DNA of 42,083 nt, taken from Candidatus Hydrogenedentota bacterium (GTDB taxonomy: Bacteria > Hydrogenedentota > Hydrogenedentia > Hydrogenedentales > CAITNO01). Shown here in pieces: positions 1-9,144 of the stretch; positions within the stretch are counted from its first letter, which is position 1, and each line of letters starts with the position of its first letter. The translations under genes were made by a program, and so were the position numbers. Under the pieces are notes generated by a model. The model ran no database searches. It was not told the DNA's origin and saw nothing but the letters and a program-made list of their open reading frames with translations. The DNA lies in assembly GCA_007124105.1 (NCBI GenBank), contig SLFT01000310.1:1-42083 (forward strand). The letters run 5' to 3'.

Positions 1-50
1 GCAGCGATCAGAACGCGCGCCTGGATAGATGCCGTTGTTTCGGAAAGTGG

Positions 51-986
51 ATGGCTGCCTTCGCGTTTTTCGGCATGACCTTTGTACTGATTGGCGAGCC
101 TTTGTGGTATCTTGGCGCCGCATATTGGACGCCTGTTTATTTCCTGGCCGCCGCCTTCGGCACTGTACTGTGCGCTTTCAGCGGCCAGCGTCGCTGGGCG
201 GTGGCGGCGCTGGTGTGCGTGATCGCGGCGGGTTGGTTATTGGCGCCCTGGCATTTGCCATTACCAGACGTTTCAGCCGCAGACCGCGAACCCAACCTGC
301 GCATTCTCAACGCCAACTTGTGGGATTCGCCGCGGGCGGCGACGGCATTTGCCGCATTGGCAGTGGAAACGCAACCAGATATCGTATTGATTCAGGAGGC
401 GGACAGGGCATGGGCCAGTGTGGTTGGTTGCCTTGAAGATGACTATCCCCATCATCAGCAGGACCAACGCATCGTCGGACAGAAACACTATATGGGAATG
501 CTGGCCCGCATTCCCGTGGAATCACATAAGACGCTCAAGCATCTGGGCGTCCCTGGCACAGAAACAACCTTTCGCGTTGCGGGCGTCCCCATCCGCGTGA
601 TTAACATTCACACAAACTCGCCTTTTTCGCCACGCCGCATCCGAAACCATCGCAGGCAAATGGACGCCATCACCAGCTACTTGCGAGACGCGGAGGGGCT
701 GATTATTCTTGCGGGCGATCTTAACACCGTCATGTGGTCGCCCCTGTACCGACGGCTCGAGTCCGCAACAGGTCTCGTGAACGCTCGAAAAGGATTCGGC
801 GTCCTGGGTACCTGGCCGGCATTGCCATTCCCACTGGCCCCGCTGCGCGCCCCTATTGATCACATTCTGGTCAGCCCTGAGATCGAAGTGGTACATTGCC
901 GCGTGGGACCGGGCATACGTTCCGACCACAGACCTCTAATCGCCGACTTGTATATTCCTCCCGCCGTTTTTGCGGATCAACGATAA
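51..986 (+). CDS. membrane-anchored endonuclease/exonuclease/phosphatase (EEP) family protein
   Basis: 311-aa ORF. N-terminal hydrophobic helices are followed by EEP-fold signatures (RILNANLW, DIVLIQEAD, LAGDLN, C-terminal IRSDHRPL). Confidence 0.8.
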   Translation: MAAFAFFGMTFVLIGEPLWYLGAAYWTPVYFLAAAFGTVLCAFSGQRRWAVAALVCVIAAGWLLAPWHLPLPDVSAADREPNLRILNANLWDSPRAATAFAALAVETQPDIVLIQEADRAWASVVGCLEDDYPHHQQDQRIVGQKHYMGMLARIPVESHKTLKHLGVPGTETTFRVAGVPIRVINIHTNSPFSPRRIRNHRRQMDAITSYLRDAEGLIILAGDLNTVMWSPLYRRLESATGLVNARKGFGVLGTWPALPFPLAPLRAPIDHILVSPEIEVVHCRVGPGIRSDHRPLIADLYIPPAVFADQR

Positions 987-1152
987 CACTCAGTCATAAA
1001 ACGAATAAGTGTTTTTAGTTGCCGTGCCAACTGCAGACTTCCTGATCCCGGCTGGGGTTTGAGGCGATTTTTCGGAATTGGGATTGGCACTGTTTGACCA
1101 ACAATCTGATCCCTGACCTGGAACAAAAGAAATAAGCTTTCTCTGTTGGCGC

Positions 1153-1323
1153 GCACCAACTGAAAAATTTTGTTGGACTAAACAGGTGGCTGCATCGCCG
1201 ATGGACCGTATTGACCATATTGACCGTATTGACGGGATGGACGATAGCTCGCCAACTGAAAGACTTCGTTGGACTGAACAGGTAGGGCCGCCGCCGATGG
1301 ACGGGATGGATGAGGTGGACGGC
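1153..1323. repeat. two tandem ~96-bp units, each with a CCAAC-N11-GTTGG hairpin, a conserved ACTrAACAGGT..CGCCG block and a run of 9-mer repeats (ATKGACNNN)
   Basis: Direct reading. Unit A is 1153-1245 (9-mers at 1201-1245, 5 copies). Unit B is 1249-1323 (9-mers at 1297-1323, 3 copies). The non-microsatellite parts are about 85% identical. A partial third CCAACTGcAGACTTC lies at 1027-1041. The repeat sits in the convergent spacer between the EEP and glycosyltransferase genes. Confidence 0.8.
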
Positions 1324-1330
1324 TGCCGCA

Positions 1331-2467
1331 TTACATTGACGCGTACGCGCATATTGTTTCGTAGACGTCAATAACGGCGTCGGCCTGATGGGTGAGCGTA
1401 TATCGCGTATGCGCCTTTGCGTGAGCGTTCTCCGCGAATTGTCGCCGCAGTTGCGGTTGTCTGTATAGCGTCGTCAATGCGTCCCGAAGCTGCTCCACGC
1501 TGCCATCAGTCACAAATCCTTCTGAATTGTGCGCGACTATTTCACGGAGCATGCCGCGATCAGCCACGACCATCGCTTTTCCCATGGCCATGATCTCTCG
1601 CGCCGCCCTACAGCCGCCGTCCGTGCCCGGCGTAAGAAATATGCCGACATCGAAGCCGGCCAACATGCCAACATAATCGTCCCCATCAATATAACCGGTA
1701 AAATGTACGCGGTCCGTCAGTTTTAATCGCCGTACTGGCGCGAAGCCCACCTGCTCCTGCCGTGTGCCGCGTCCAACTACGACAAGATGCGCGTTCTCGG
1801 CTGTGTCCAAGAACAGATGAAATGCCTCGAAGAGGTCTTCGTAGTGGCGATGGGGCTGCATGCGCGCGACGATGCCGACAACGAAAGCGCCGGCTGGAAT
1901 TCCCAGTTGCTTACGCAGATCAGGAAGCGAACGGCTGCCATCAAAACGTACTGTGTCAATGGCGCCGGGCACGACCGCGAGACGTTCGCGGGGAACAGCG
2001 AAAGCGGCACAGTCGTCTTCAAGCGCCATGTGTGACGGTTCGATGATCATGGCGGACCGGGCAATCAGTCGGCGATGCCGCCTGTCAGAGGGGAACCCCG
2101 CACCGAAATGGTTGGTGCGCACCACCGGAATGCCAAGTCCACGGGAAGCGCTAAGCGCAATTCTGTGATCGTTGTCCAGGTTACAGTGAATGAGATCATA
2201 CGAAACAGTTGTCAGCCGGCGACGCAAAGCGTACACGTCAAAAAAGTTTCTTACGGGATGACGATGCTTGGACAAATACATGAAATCAAGGGGGAGCAGG
2301 CCATGCTCTCGCGCGACAGCAACAATCTTGTTGAATTTGGAACCCGTCTGCGGCGCGCAGGCAAAATCCACCTCAAGCCCCTTGTCGCGCAAGGACACAC
2401 ACAGATTCAGCACCGGTTCCGCTGGACCGGTCCATTTGCTGTTGCTGAAAAGTTGTAATACGCGCAT
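1331..2467 (-). CDS. glycosyltransferase, GT4/GT-B family
   Basis: 378-aa ORF with RBS AGGGAAGG upstream. The N-terminus MRVLQLFSNSKWTGPAEP and the C-terminal donor-binding region (..GGCRAAREIMAMGKAMVV..NSEGFV) are typical of glycos_transf_1 enzymes. Confidence 0.8.
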   Translation of the reverse strand: MRVLQLFSNSKWTGPAEPVLNLCVSLRDKGLEVDFACAPQTGSKFNKIVAVAREHGLLPLDFMYLSKHRHPVRNFFDVYALRRRLTTVSYDLIHCNLDNDHRIALSASRGLGIPVVRTNHFGAGFPSDRRHRRLIARSAMIIEPSHMALEDDCAAFAVPRERLAVVPGAIDTVRFDGSRSLPDLRKQLGIPAGAFVVGIVARMQPHRHYEDLFEAFHLFLDTAENAHLVVVGRGTRQEQVGFAPVRRLKLTDRVHFTGYIDGDDYVGMLAGFDVGIFLTPGTDGGCRAAREIMAMGKAMVVADRGMLREIVAHNSEGFVTDGSVEQLRDALTTLYRQPQLRRQFAENAHAKAHTRYTLTHQADAVIDVYETICAYASM

Positions 2468-2545
2468 GCCTTCCCTTTATTCTCGGGCAGGTTGCCGCAA
2501 ACATTGCACTACTATACACGCTATCAAGGGGTGTTTTTGGCGCTA

Positions 2546-5500
2546 TCAGGACGCGGCAAGTACGTCTTCGGCTTCTTCGAGACGGACGCTCACCAACTGC
2601 GATATGCCCGCCTCCTGCTGTGTAACGCCGTAGATGGCAGCGGCGCGCGCCATGGTCTGCTTGTTATGGGTAATCATAATGAACTGGCTTTTTTCCGTGA
2701 ATTCATTTATCAGCATCAGGAACCGTCCGATATTGGCGTCGTCCAGCGGCGCGTCCACCTCGTCGAGCACACAGAAGGGGCTCGGCTTCGCGGCGAATAT
2801 GCTGAACAGCAATGCAATAGCGGTAAGCGCCTGTTCACCGCCCGACAATAACGAGATGGATTGCGGTTTCTTGCCCGGCGGTCGCGCCTCGATCTCTACG
2901 CCGCATTCGAGGGGATTGCTTTCATCGAGTAGGAACAGACGCGCCTGTCCGCCATTGAATAGCCGCCGAAAATAGTTCTTGAAGTTGTTGGAAATTTCTT
3001 CAAATGTCTGCACAAACATATCCTGGGTAGTAGCGTCAATACGCTTCACCACGTTCAACAGGGTATCGCGCGCCTTTACCAAATCGTCATTCTGTGATTT
3101 TAGAAATTCAGCCCGCTTTTCCAGCGCGTCGTATTCATCAATGGCGCCCAGGTTCACGTTCCCAAGTTTTTGCAGGGACTCGCGATATTTCTGAATAAGC
3201 GCCTCGCGCTCCTCTTCATCATGTTCGTCCATGCCCACTTCCTCTTCCGTGAGCGAGGCAAGGGCCAGGCCATATTCCTCGGCGATACGCTCCTGATAAA
3301 ATTGAATACGGTCCTCTTTTTGAGAACATTCCAGTTCCAGTTTATGCACTTCCCGTTGCGCAGCGTTGCATTTCTCGCGACTCTCTTTCAAGGTCTTTGT
3401 AAGTTGATCAATGGACTCGGAAATAAACTGTTGTTCCCGTTGCGCCTCGAGGGTGCTCTCGTGCGCCTTGTCGTGGGTTTGGGACAAATCATGGGACTGG
3501 CGCACGGTCTCTTTTATCTGTTCTTCAAATGTTGTGGCGCGCGCTTCCATTTCCGTCGCCAATTGCTGTTGCTTTTCCGCCTGTTCGAGTGTTTCATTGC
3601 GGGCCCGTCCGGCCCGCTCCTGGCTGCGCCGCAGCTCCTCGAGGGCATGCATGGACTCCGCTTGTTTCACACGCAAGTCTGACACCTGCGCGTTCAATGT
3701 TGCCAGTGCCGCACGCTCTGTTGCGGCGGCTTCCGTCGCTTCCTGCAATTTTCGATTCAGGCTTTCGTCGTCATCGGCCATGCCGCCCACGCGCGACTGC
3801 GCTTCTTCGCGTTTTTTATCGAGTTCGCCCTGCTGCTGTTGTAGGGCTTCACGGCGGACACGCAACGCATCAAGGGCATCCCGCAAATTCTCTTCTTCCG
3901 CGTTGTGACGCGCCAGCGCAGCGCCAACCCTGGCGATTTCCTGGCGCTGTTCATTCATCTGCTGTTCCAGTTGCCGCTGTTTCTCGCCAAGTTTATCGGC
4001 CTGACCGGTCAAGGCATGAACGCGTTGGGCAGACTTGCTGATCTGTTCAGCGGCGCGGGCCACACTGGTTTCCAAGTCTTCAATTTCCGCGCTGCGCCCG
4101 AGCAGACCGTGACTTTCATGTTGGGTGCGTCCGCCGGTTACCGCACCCGCGGGGGTCACCACTTCCCCGTCCAACGTTACCAATCGTGGGAATCGTGTTT
4201 CTTCTCGGGCGATGGCGATGGCGTCGTCAATGGTTTCCACTATCAGCGTGTTGTACAACAGGTATTGTACCGCTGGCAACAAATGGTTGTCGCAGTGTAT
4301 ATAGTCAATCGCTTTCCCGACTACGCCCGGGCGGTTGGCGATCCCGTCGGTATCGTCATGACGTCCGGCGCGAATGGTATCGAGCGGCAGAAACGTCACC
4401 CGGCCCGCGCGATGCTGTTTCAGAAATGCAATGGCCGCCTTCGCAGCGTTCGCCTGCTCCACTATCACATTGTTGATGTTGCCGCCCAGGGCCGCTTCGA
4501 GGGCATATTCGAATTTCTTCTCCGTCGAAATCAGGTCGCCCACAGGCCCCACGATACCATCGAAGCCCGGGAGTTCCTTTTGCTTCGCCATCATCACCGC
4601 ACGAACACCCACCGCAAAGCCTTCATAGCTGTCGCGCAGTTCCACCAGCGATTTCAACCGCGCTTCGCGACTGCTCTTCTCTTCGCGTTGTCGTTGCCAT
4701 TGTTCATTGCAGGCGGCTGTTTCCCGAGATATTTCAGCGGCCTCCTTACGCGCGGCCTCCTGCTCCGATACTATTTGCGCCAGTTTTTCCTGATGTTGCG
4801 CTTCTTCCGAGCGTATAGATTCAATACGCGCCAGGGCCTCTTGCCTGCGCTGCTCGAGCATGGCCTGCTCTTCATGTACGGCGGCCAATTGGGTCTGTAC
4901 ATTTGCAATATTAACCGCCAGGGTTTCGAGTTCCGTCTGGGCGCGGTTGCGGGTATTCACCGACTCCAGGGTCATCCCGCGCAATTGCTCCACCAATTGT
5001 TCGGCTTGGGCCAGGCGTTTTGCGGCAGCCTCCTGCTCGGCCTGTTGTTGACCCAATGCGCCGGCGCAGGTGTCCACTTCACTGGCAAGGGCCGCACCTT
5101 GTTCGTCTGCCGCGCCCGCTTCATGTTGCATAGACGCTGCCTGTTGCAATAATTGTTCACGCGTCTGAAGCGCTTCCTGGCCACGGCTGCGGGCAAACTC
5201 GATCTCCTTGTTCAATAAGGCGATTTTACCTTCCAGGCGTTCCATTTCCGTTGCCGTCTCATGTTCCTTTTCGCGGCGCTCGGACAGAACACGGTCCATC
5301 TCAATGCGCTTGAGATTAACCGTCTCCAATTCCGCTTCCTGACGCGAGGTCTTCGTCGTCAGTTCCTGAAACTGGTCAGTGCTGCGCGCAAGTCGTCCAC
5401 GCAAATCGGTCACGTGACCGCTCAATTCATTGTAATGCAACCAGGCGTTGCGTATTTCAAGGGTACGCAGTTCTGTTGTGTATTCACGGTGTCGGATTGC

Positions 5501-6133
5501 CGCGTTCACCTGCCGTTTCAGCGAACGCATCTGGCGATCGACTTCCGAAATAATGTCGGCCAGTCGAAGCATGTTCTGGTCCGCGGATTCCAATTTTCGC
5601 ATGGCCACGCGCTTGCGCGACTTATACTTGATAATGCCCGCGGCTTCCTCGAGCAGATAACGGCGGTCCTCGGGTTTGGTGCTCAGGATCATATCTATCT
5701 TTCCCTGCCCGATCAGGGAATAGGCGTTGGTGCCGATGCCGGTGTCCATGAACAATTCCTGCACATCGCGCAGCCGGCACGCGGCCTTGTTCATCAGGTA
5801 TTCGCTTTCGCCGGAACGATAGACGCGGCGCGTCACCTCCACTTCGCTGAAATCCACTGGCAGCTGACCGTCGGCATTGTCAAACATCAGCGACACCTCG
5901 GCCATGCCGGTGGGCGGGCGTCCGCCGCTGCCATTGAAGATCACGTCCTGCATGTGCGTTCCGCGCAGTGTTTTCACGCTTTGTTCGCCCAGCGCCCAGC
6001 GCAATGCATCGAGTATATTGCTCTTGCCGCAGCCGTTGGGACCGACAATTGCGGTGATGCCGAGGTCAAACTTCACCGTGGTAGGGTCGGCGAAGGACTT
6101 AAATCCGTTCATGAATATTTGCTTGAAATACAT
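2546..6133 (-). CDS. smc: chromosome segregation protein SMC
   Basis: 1195 aa. Walker A FKSF..ITAIVGPNGCGKSNILDALRWALGEQS, long coiled coils, a hinge, the C-terminal LSGGE signature and Walker B FCVLDEVDAPLD. Confidence 0.97.
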   Translation of the reverse strand: MYFKQIFMNGFKSFADPTTVKFDLGITAIVGPNGCGKSNILDALRWALGEQSVKTLRGTHMQDVIFNGSGGRPPTGMAEVSLMFDNADGQLPVDFSEVEVTRRVYRSGESEYLMNKAACRLRDVQELFMDTGIGTNAYSLIGQGKIDMILSTKPEDRRYLLEEAAGIIKYKSRKRVAMRKLESADQNMLRLADIISEVDRQMRSLKRQVNAAIRHREYTTELRTLEIRNAWLHYNELSGHVTDLRGRLARSTDQFQELTTKTSRQEAELETVNLKRIEMDRVLSERREKEHETATEMERLEGKIALLNKEIEFARSRGQEALQTREQLLQQAASMQHEAGAADEQGAALASEVDTCAGALGQQQAEQEAAAKRLAQAEQLVEQLRGMTLESVNTRNRAQTELETLAVNIANVQTQLAAVHEEQAMLEQRRQEALARIESIRSEEAQHQEKLAQIVSEQEAARKEAAEISRETAACNEQWQRQREEKSSREARLKSLVELRDSYEGFAVGVRAVMMAKQKELPGFDGIVGPVGDLISTEKKFEYALEAALGGNINNVIVEQANAAKAAIAFLKQHRAGRVTFLPLDTIRAGRHDDTDGIANRPGVVGKAIDYIHCDNHLLPAVQYLLYNTLIVETIDDAIAIAREETRFPRLVTLDGEVVTPAGAVTGGRTQHESHGLLGRSAEIEDLETSVARAAEQISKSAQRVHALTGQADKLGEKQRQLEQQMNEQRQEIARVGAALARHNAEEENLRDALDALRVRREALQQQQGELDKKREEAQSRVGGMADDDESLNRKLQEATEAAATERAALATLNAQVSDLRVKQAESMHALEELRRSQERAGRARNETLEQAEKQQQLATEMEARATTFEEQIKETVRQSHDLSQTHDKAHESTLEAQREQQFISESIDQLTKTLKESREKCNAAQREVHKLELECSQKEDRIQFYQERIAEEYGLALASLTEEEVGMDEHDEEEREALIQKYRESLQKLGNVNLGAIDEYDALEKRAEFLKSQNDDLVKARDTLLNVVKRIDATTQDMFVQTFEEISNNFKNYFRRLFNGGQARLFLLDESNPLECGVEIEARPPGKKPQSISLLSGGEQALTAIALLFSIFAAKPSPFCVLDEVDAPLDDANIGRFLMLINEFTEKSQFIMITHNKQTMARAAAIYGVTQQEAGISQLVSVRLEEAEDVLAAS

Positions 6134-6226
6134 GTATATCCTTCAACGTCATTCTGACTTGACGCCTGCTGTCGGCGTCAAATTAAATGGTTATCAGCGT
6201 TTCATGCCCATTGCCGCATCAAGCGG

Positions 6227-7009
6227 CTATGACTCTATCTTGTGAATTCTGGAAATGGACAACGCGCGACCTGTTTTAACGTCCACATCAACAATGACAG
6301 CGCTAAATTGGGCCGGCCCCTGGGCCACCTCCCATTTGCGCGGCATGCCGGTAACCAGTCTACTTATCACGCGGTCGCTTTCCACACCCAGTATACTGTT
6401 ATAAGGGCCACACATGCCTGTGTCAGTAATGAACGCGGCGCCTTCCGGCAATATCCGTTCGTCCGATGTCTGCACGTGCGTATGCGTGCCGAGTACGGCG
6501 GTGCAGCGCCCGTCCAGGTGCCAGGCCATTGCCGCTTTTTCGGAGGTGGCCTCGGCGTGCATGTCCACCACGATTACACGCGTTTCCGGGGGAAGCGCCT
6601 TCAACTCTTCCGCAACTTTCAAGAATGGACAATCCACCGGTTCCATGTATATACGGCCAATGAGGCTTATCACCGCCGCACGCGTCCCATCGGGAAGCGT
6701 GTGCAGCACCGTGCCCCTGCCGGGCGCGGCGGGCGCGTAGTTGGCGGGCCGCGCTACATCGGGTAAAGCGTCTATGCCCTTGACCATTTCATTCTTGCGC
6801 CATGTATGATTGCCCAGCGTGAATACATGAATGCCGCAATTGCGTAATTCCTGGATAAGCGCAGGCGTGGCGCCGGTGCCGCCCGCGCAATTTTCCGCGT
6901 TCGCAATCACCATGTCAATGTTGTGTTCAGCAACCAGTTCCGGCAGGAACCGCTGCACCACGCGACGTCCCGGGCGCCCGACAATATCGCCAATAAAAAT
7001 AATCTTCAT
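6227..7009 (-). CDS. YmdB-like (TIGR00282-type) metallophosphoesterase
   Basis: 260 aa. MKIIFIGDIVGRPGR.., ANAEN, GNH and HAE/TSE motifs. RBS GGGAGGA. Confidence 0.85.
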   Translation of the reverse strand: MKIIFIGDIVGRPGRRVVQRFLPELVAEHNIDMVIANAENCAGGTGATPALIQELRNCGIHVFTLGNHTWRKNEMVKGIDALPDVARPANYAPAAPGRGTVLHTLPDGTRAAVISLIGRIYMEPVDCPFLKVAEELKALPPETRVIVVDMHAEATSEKAAMAWHLDGRCTAVLGTHTHVQTSDERILPEGAAFITDTGMCGPYNSILGVESDRVISRLVTGMPRKWEVAQGPAQFSAVIVDVDVKTGRALSISRIHKIES

Positions 7010-7270
7010 GAATATCCTCCCGGAATTGTGGTAATTGTACCGCAGTCGCCCCCCTTGACGCCACAGCAGCGCAAGCGCAGGTTTACGCCGAATGTTATTT
7101 CGTGCTATGCTTGCGTTTCAAGCGGTAGCGCATTGTATGTTATCTTCGTCTATGTTGTTCATATTTCCGTGGCAAGTCATTGTATCGGGTTGTCTAAAGG
7201 CATATCTACGGCAATGGCATGGGCGTAGAATGCACGATAAGATCAACTGCAAACAACAAGGAGTTCTGGT

Positions 7271-8275
7271 ATGGCGGGCGTCGAAAAAAACAAATCCCGT
7301 GATGCAATAGTGGGCGTTGATATAGGCGGCACCAAAATGATGGCCACCGTTTACGACGCTGACTTCAATATCTTGGGAAATTGTCGCAAGAAAAGTCGCG
7401 GCAAAAGCGGCAACGACAGCGAAAAACGGGTTGTAAAAGTGATCCGCGAAGCGCTTGAAACAGCGGGCAGTCCTACTATAAGCGGCATTGGCGTTGGTTC
7501 GCCAGGGCCGCTTGATCCTGAAACCGGCGTCATCATAGACACGCCGAATCTGGGCTGGAAGGACTTTCCGCTGGCCGCATTGCTGCGTGACGCTTTCGGC
7601 GTTCCCGTGGTTGTTGATAATGATGTAAATGTCGGCACTTATGGCGAATGGCGCTGTACCTCGTTGCGGTCTTACCGGCACGTACTGGGCGTGTTCCCCG
7701 GTACGGGCATTGGCGGCGGCATCATTATTGACGGTAAGATACTGCACGGGTTCTCAGGTGCGGCGGGTGAAGTGGGCCATATAACCATTGCGCTCGACGG
7801 CCCATTTTGCGGCTGCGGCAAGCGTGGTTGTCTTGAGGCGGTAGCGTCGCGCGTTGCCATCGCCAAGGAGGCGGCGGCCCTTGCCGCTCGCGGCGACGCG
7901 CCCTATATTCTCGAACAGTGCGGCACGGATGTAAACGCCATTCGCAGCGGCGTATTGGCGCGCGCCATCGAAGCGGGCGATCAGATGGTTGAAGCGGTGG
8001 TGCGCAAGGCCGCTTACCTCACGGGCGTTGGCGTTGGGAACCTGATCAACGTACTCAGCCCCGAGGCCGTGGTATTGGGCGGCGGCCTGGTGGAAGCGAT
8101 GGAAGCGTTGATGCTCGAAGAAATTACTCGGGGCGCCGATGAGCACGCCATGCCCTTCCTCAGAAAGGATGTCGTCATCACCGCCGCGCAACTTGGCGAT
8201 GACGCGGTCGTAATGGGCGCGGCGCAACTCATAGTGGAACATCTTGCTTCCGGCAAGAAGGGCAATGGGAAATAA
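7271..8275 (+). CDS. ROK family sugar kinase (glucokinase-like)
   Basis: 334 aa. ATP motif VGVDIGGTK and the ROK zinc motif CGCGKRGCLE. RBS AAGGAG. Confidence 0.85.
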   Translation: MAGVEKNKSRDAIVGVDIGGTKMMATVYDADFNILGNCRKKSRGKSGNDSEKRVVKVIREALETAGSPTISGIGVGSPGPLDPETGVIIDTPNLGWKDFPLAALLRDAFGVPVVVDNDVNVGTYGEWRCTSLRSYRHVLGVFPGTGIGGGIIIDGKILHGFSGAAGEVGHITIALDGPFCGCGKRGCLEAVASRVAIAKEAAALAARGDAPYILEQCGTDVNAIRSGVLARAIEAGDQMVEAVVRKAAYLTGVGVGNLINVLSPEAVVLGGGLVEAMEALMLEEITRGADEHAMPFLRKDVVITAAQLGDDAVVMGAAQLIVEHLASGKKGNGK

Positions 8276-8283
8276 GCGCGCTT

Positions 8284-9135
8284 ATGGAAACAGCAATACT
8301 GCGGCTCCACTGCTGCGACGTAAAGGGCATTGTATACAATGTCAGCCGGTTCATCTACGAACACAACGGCAACATCATCAATGCCGAACAATATGCGGAG
8401 GCCATTGACAACCGCTTCTTCATGCGCGTCTATTTTGACAGCAGCCAATTGCGCTGTACCCGCGAAACGTTTTGTGAAGGGCTGCGCGAACTGGCCGCCG
8501 CGTTTGACATGGAAACGGCGATCACCTTCTCCGATCAGCGCAAGCGCATGGCGGTCATGGCGTCAAAATACGACCATTGTCTGTACGACTTGTTGCTGCG
8601 ACACCGCTACGGCGAGATCAACGCCGACCTGGCGTTGGTTGTCAGCAATCATCGCGAACTGGAGCATGTGGCCGCATCGTTTCACATTCCTTTCTTCTAC
8701 GTGCCCGTCACAAAAGACACTAAAAGCGAGGCGGAAGCGCGAGCATTGGAATTGTTCGCGGCCCACCATGTAGATTTTGTTGTGCTGGCGCGATACATGC
8801 AGATATTGACTGATGATTTCGCGCGTCGCTACGAGCACCGCATCATCAATGTGCATCATGGTTTTCTGCCGGCCTTCAAAGGCGCGAAGCCTTATCATCA
8901 GGCTTACGAACACGGAGTCAAGATCATCGGCGCCACCAGCCATTACGCCACGGCGGAACTGGACATGGGGCCTATTATTGAACAGGAAACCATGCGCGTG
9001 GACCATACCCACAGCGTTGACGCGCTGGTCGCCATGGGTCGTGATTTAGAACGCAACGTGTTGGCGGCTGCGGTCAAAGCGCATGCCGACGACCGGATTA
9101 TGGTTTATCAGCGGCGCACTATCGTATTCCGTTGA
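8284..9135 (+). CDS. purU: formyltetrahydrofolate deformylase
   Basis: 283 aa. N-terminal ACT-like domain plus a formyltransferase core (IINVHHGFLPAFKGAKPYHQA). Confidence 0.9.
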   Translation: METAILRLHCCDVKGIVYNVSRFIYEHNGNIINAEQYAEAIDNRFFMRVYFDSSQLRCTRETFCEGLRELAAAFDMETAITFSDQRKRMAVMASKYDHCLYDLLLRHRYGEINADLALVVSNHRELEHVAASFHIPFFYVPVTKDTKSEAEARALELFAAHHVDFVVLARYMQILTDDFARRYEHRIINVHHGFLPAFKGAKPYHQAYEHGVKIIGATSHYATAELDMGPIIEQETMRVDHTHSVDALVAMGRDLERNVLAAAVKAHADDRIMVYQRRTIVFR

Positions 9136-9144
9136 CGCGCCGCC

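Noticed and set aside
1153-1323. Possibility that the tandem units are a CRISPR array or DnaA-box cluster
   Set aside because: There are only two units with no alternation of constant repeat and unique spacer, and no cas genes. The 9-mers (ATTGACCGT and similar) do not match the DnaA box TTATCCACA.
990-1374. ORFs of 60-120 aa on both strands across the 1.0-1.37 kb spacer (for example MDRIDHIDRIDGMDD...)
   Set aside because: The reading frames are created by the 9-mer and 96-bp tandem repeats. The repetitive pseudo-peptides, lack of RBS and location between convergent genes argue for non-coding repeat DNA.
3905-5152. 415-aa ORF, plus several others between 2979 and 6157, on the plus strand opposite smc
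   Set aside because: These are antisense to an unambiguous SMC coiled-coil gene. The products are low-complexity and Leu/Arg/Gln/Phe-rich, which is typical of mirror frames of coiled-coil codons. No RBS and no recognisable domain.
6159-6181. 8-bp-stem hairpin TTGACGCC-N7-GGCGTCAA between ymdB-like and smc as an intrinsic terminator
   Set aside because: On the transcribed (minus) strand it is not followed by a U tract. The genes are probably co-transcribed, or the hairpin has another role that I cannot support.
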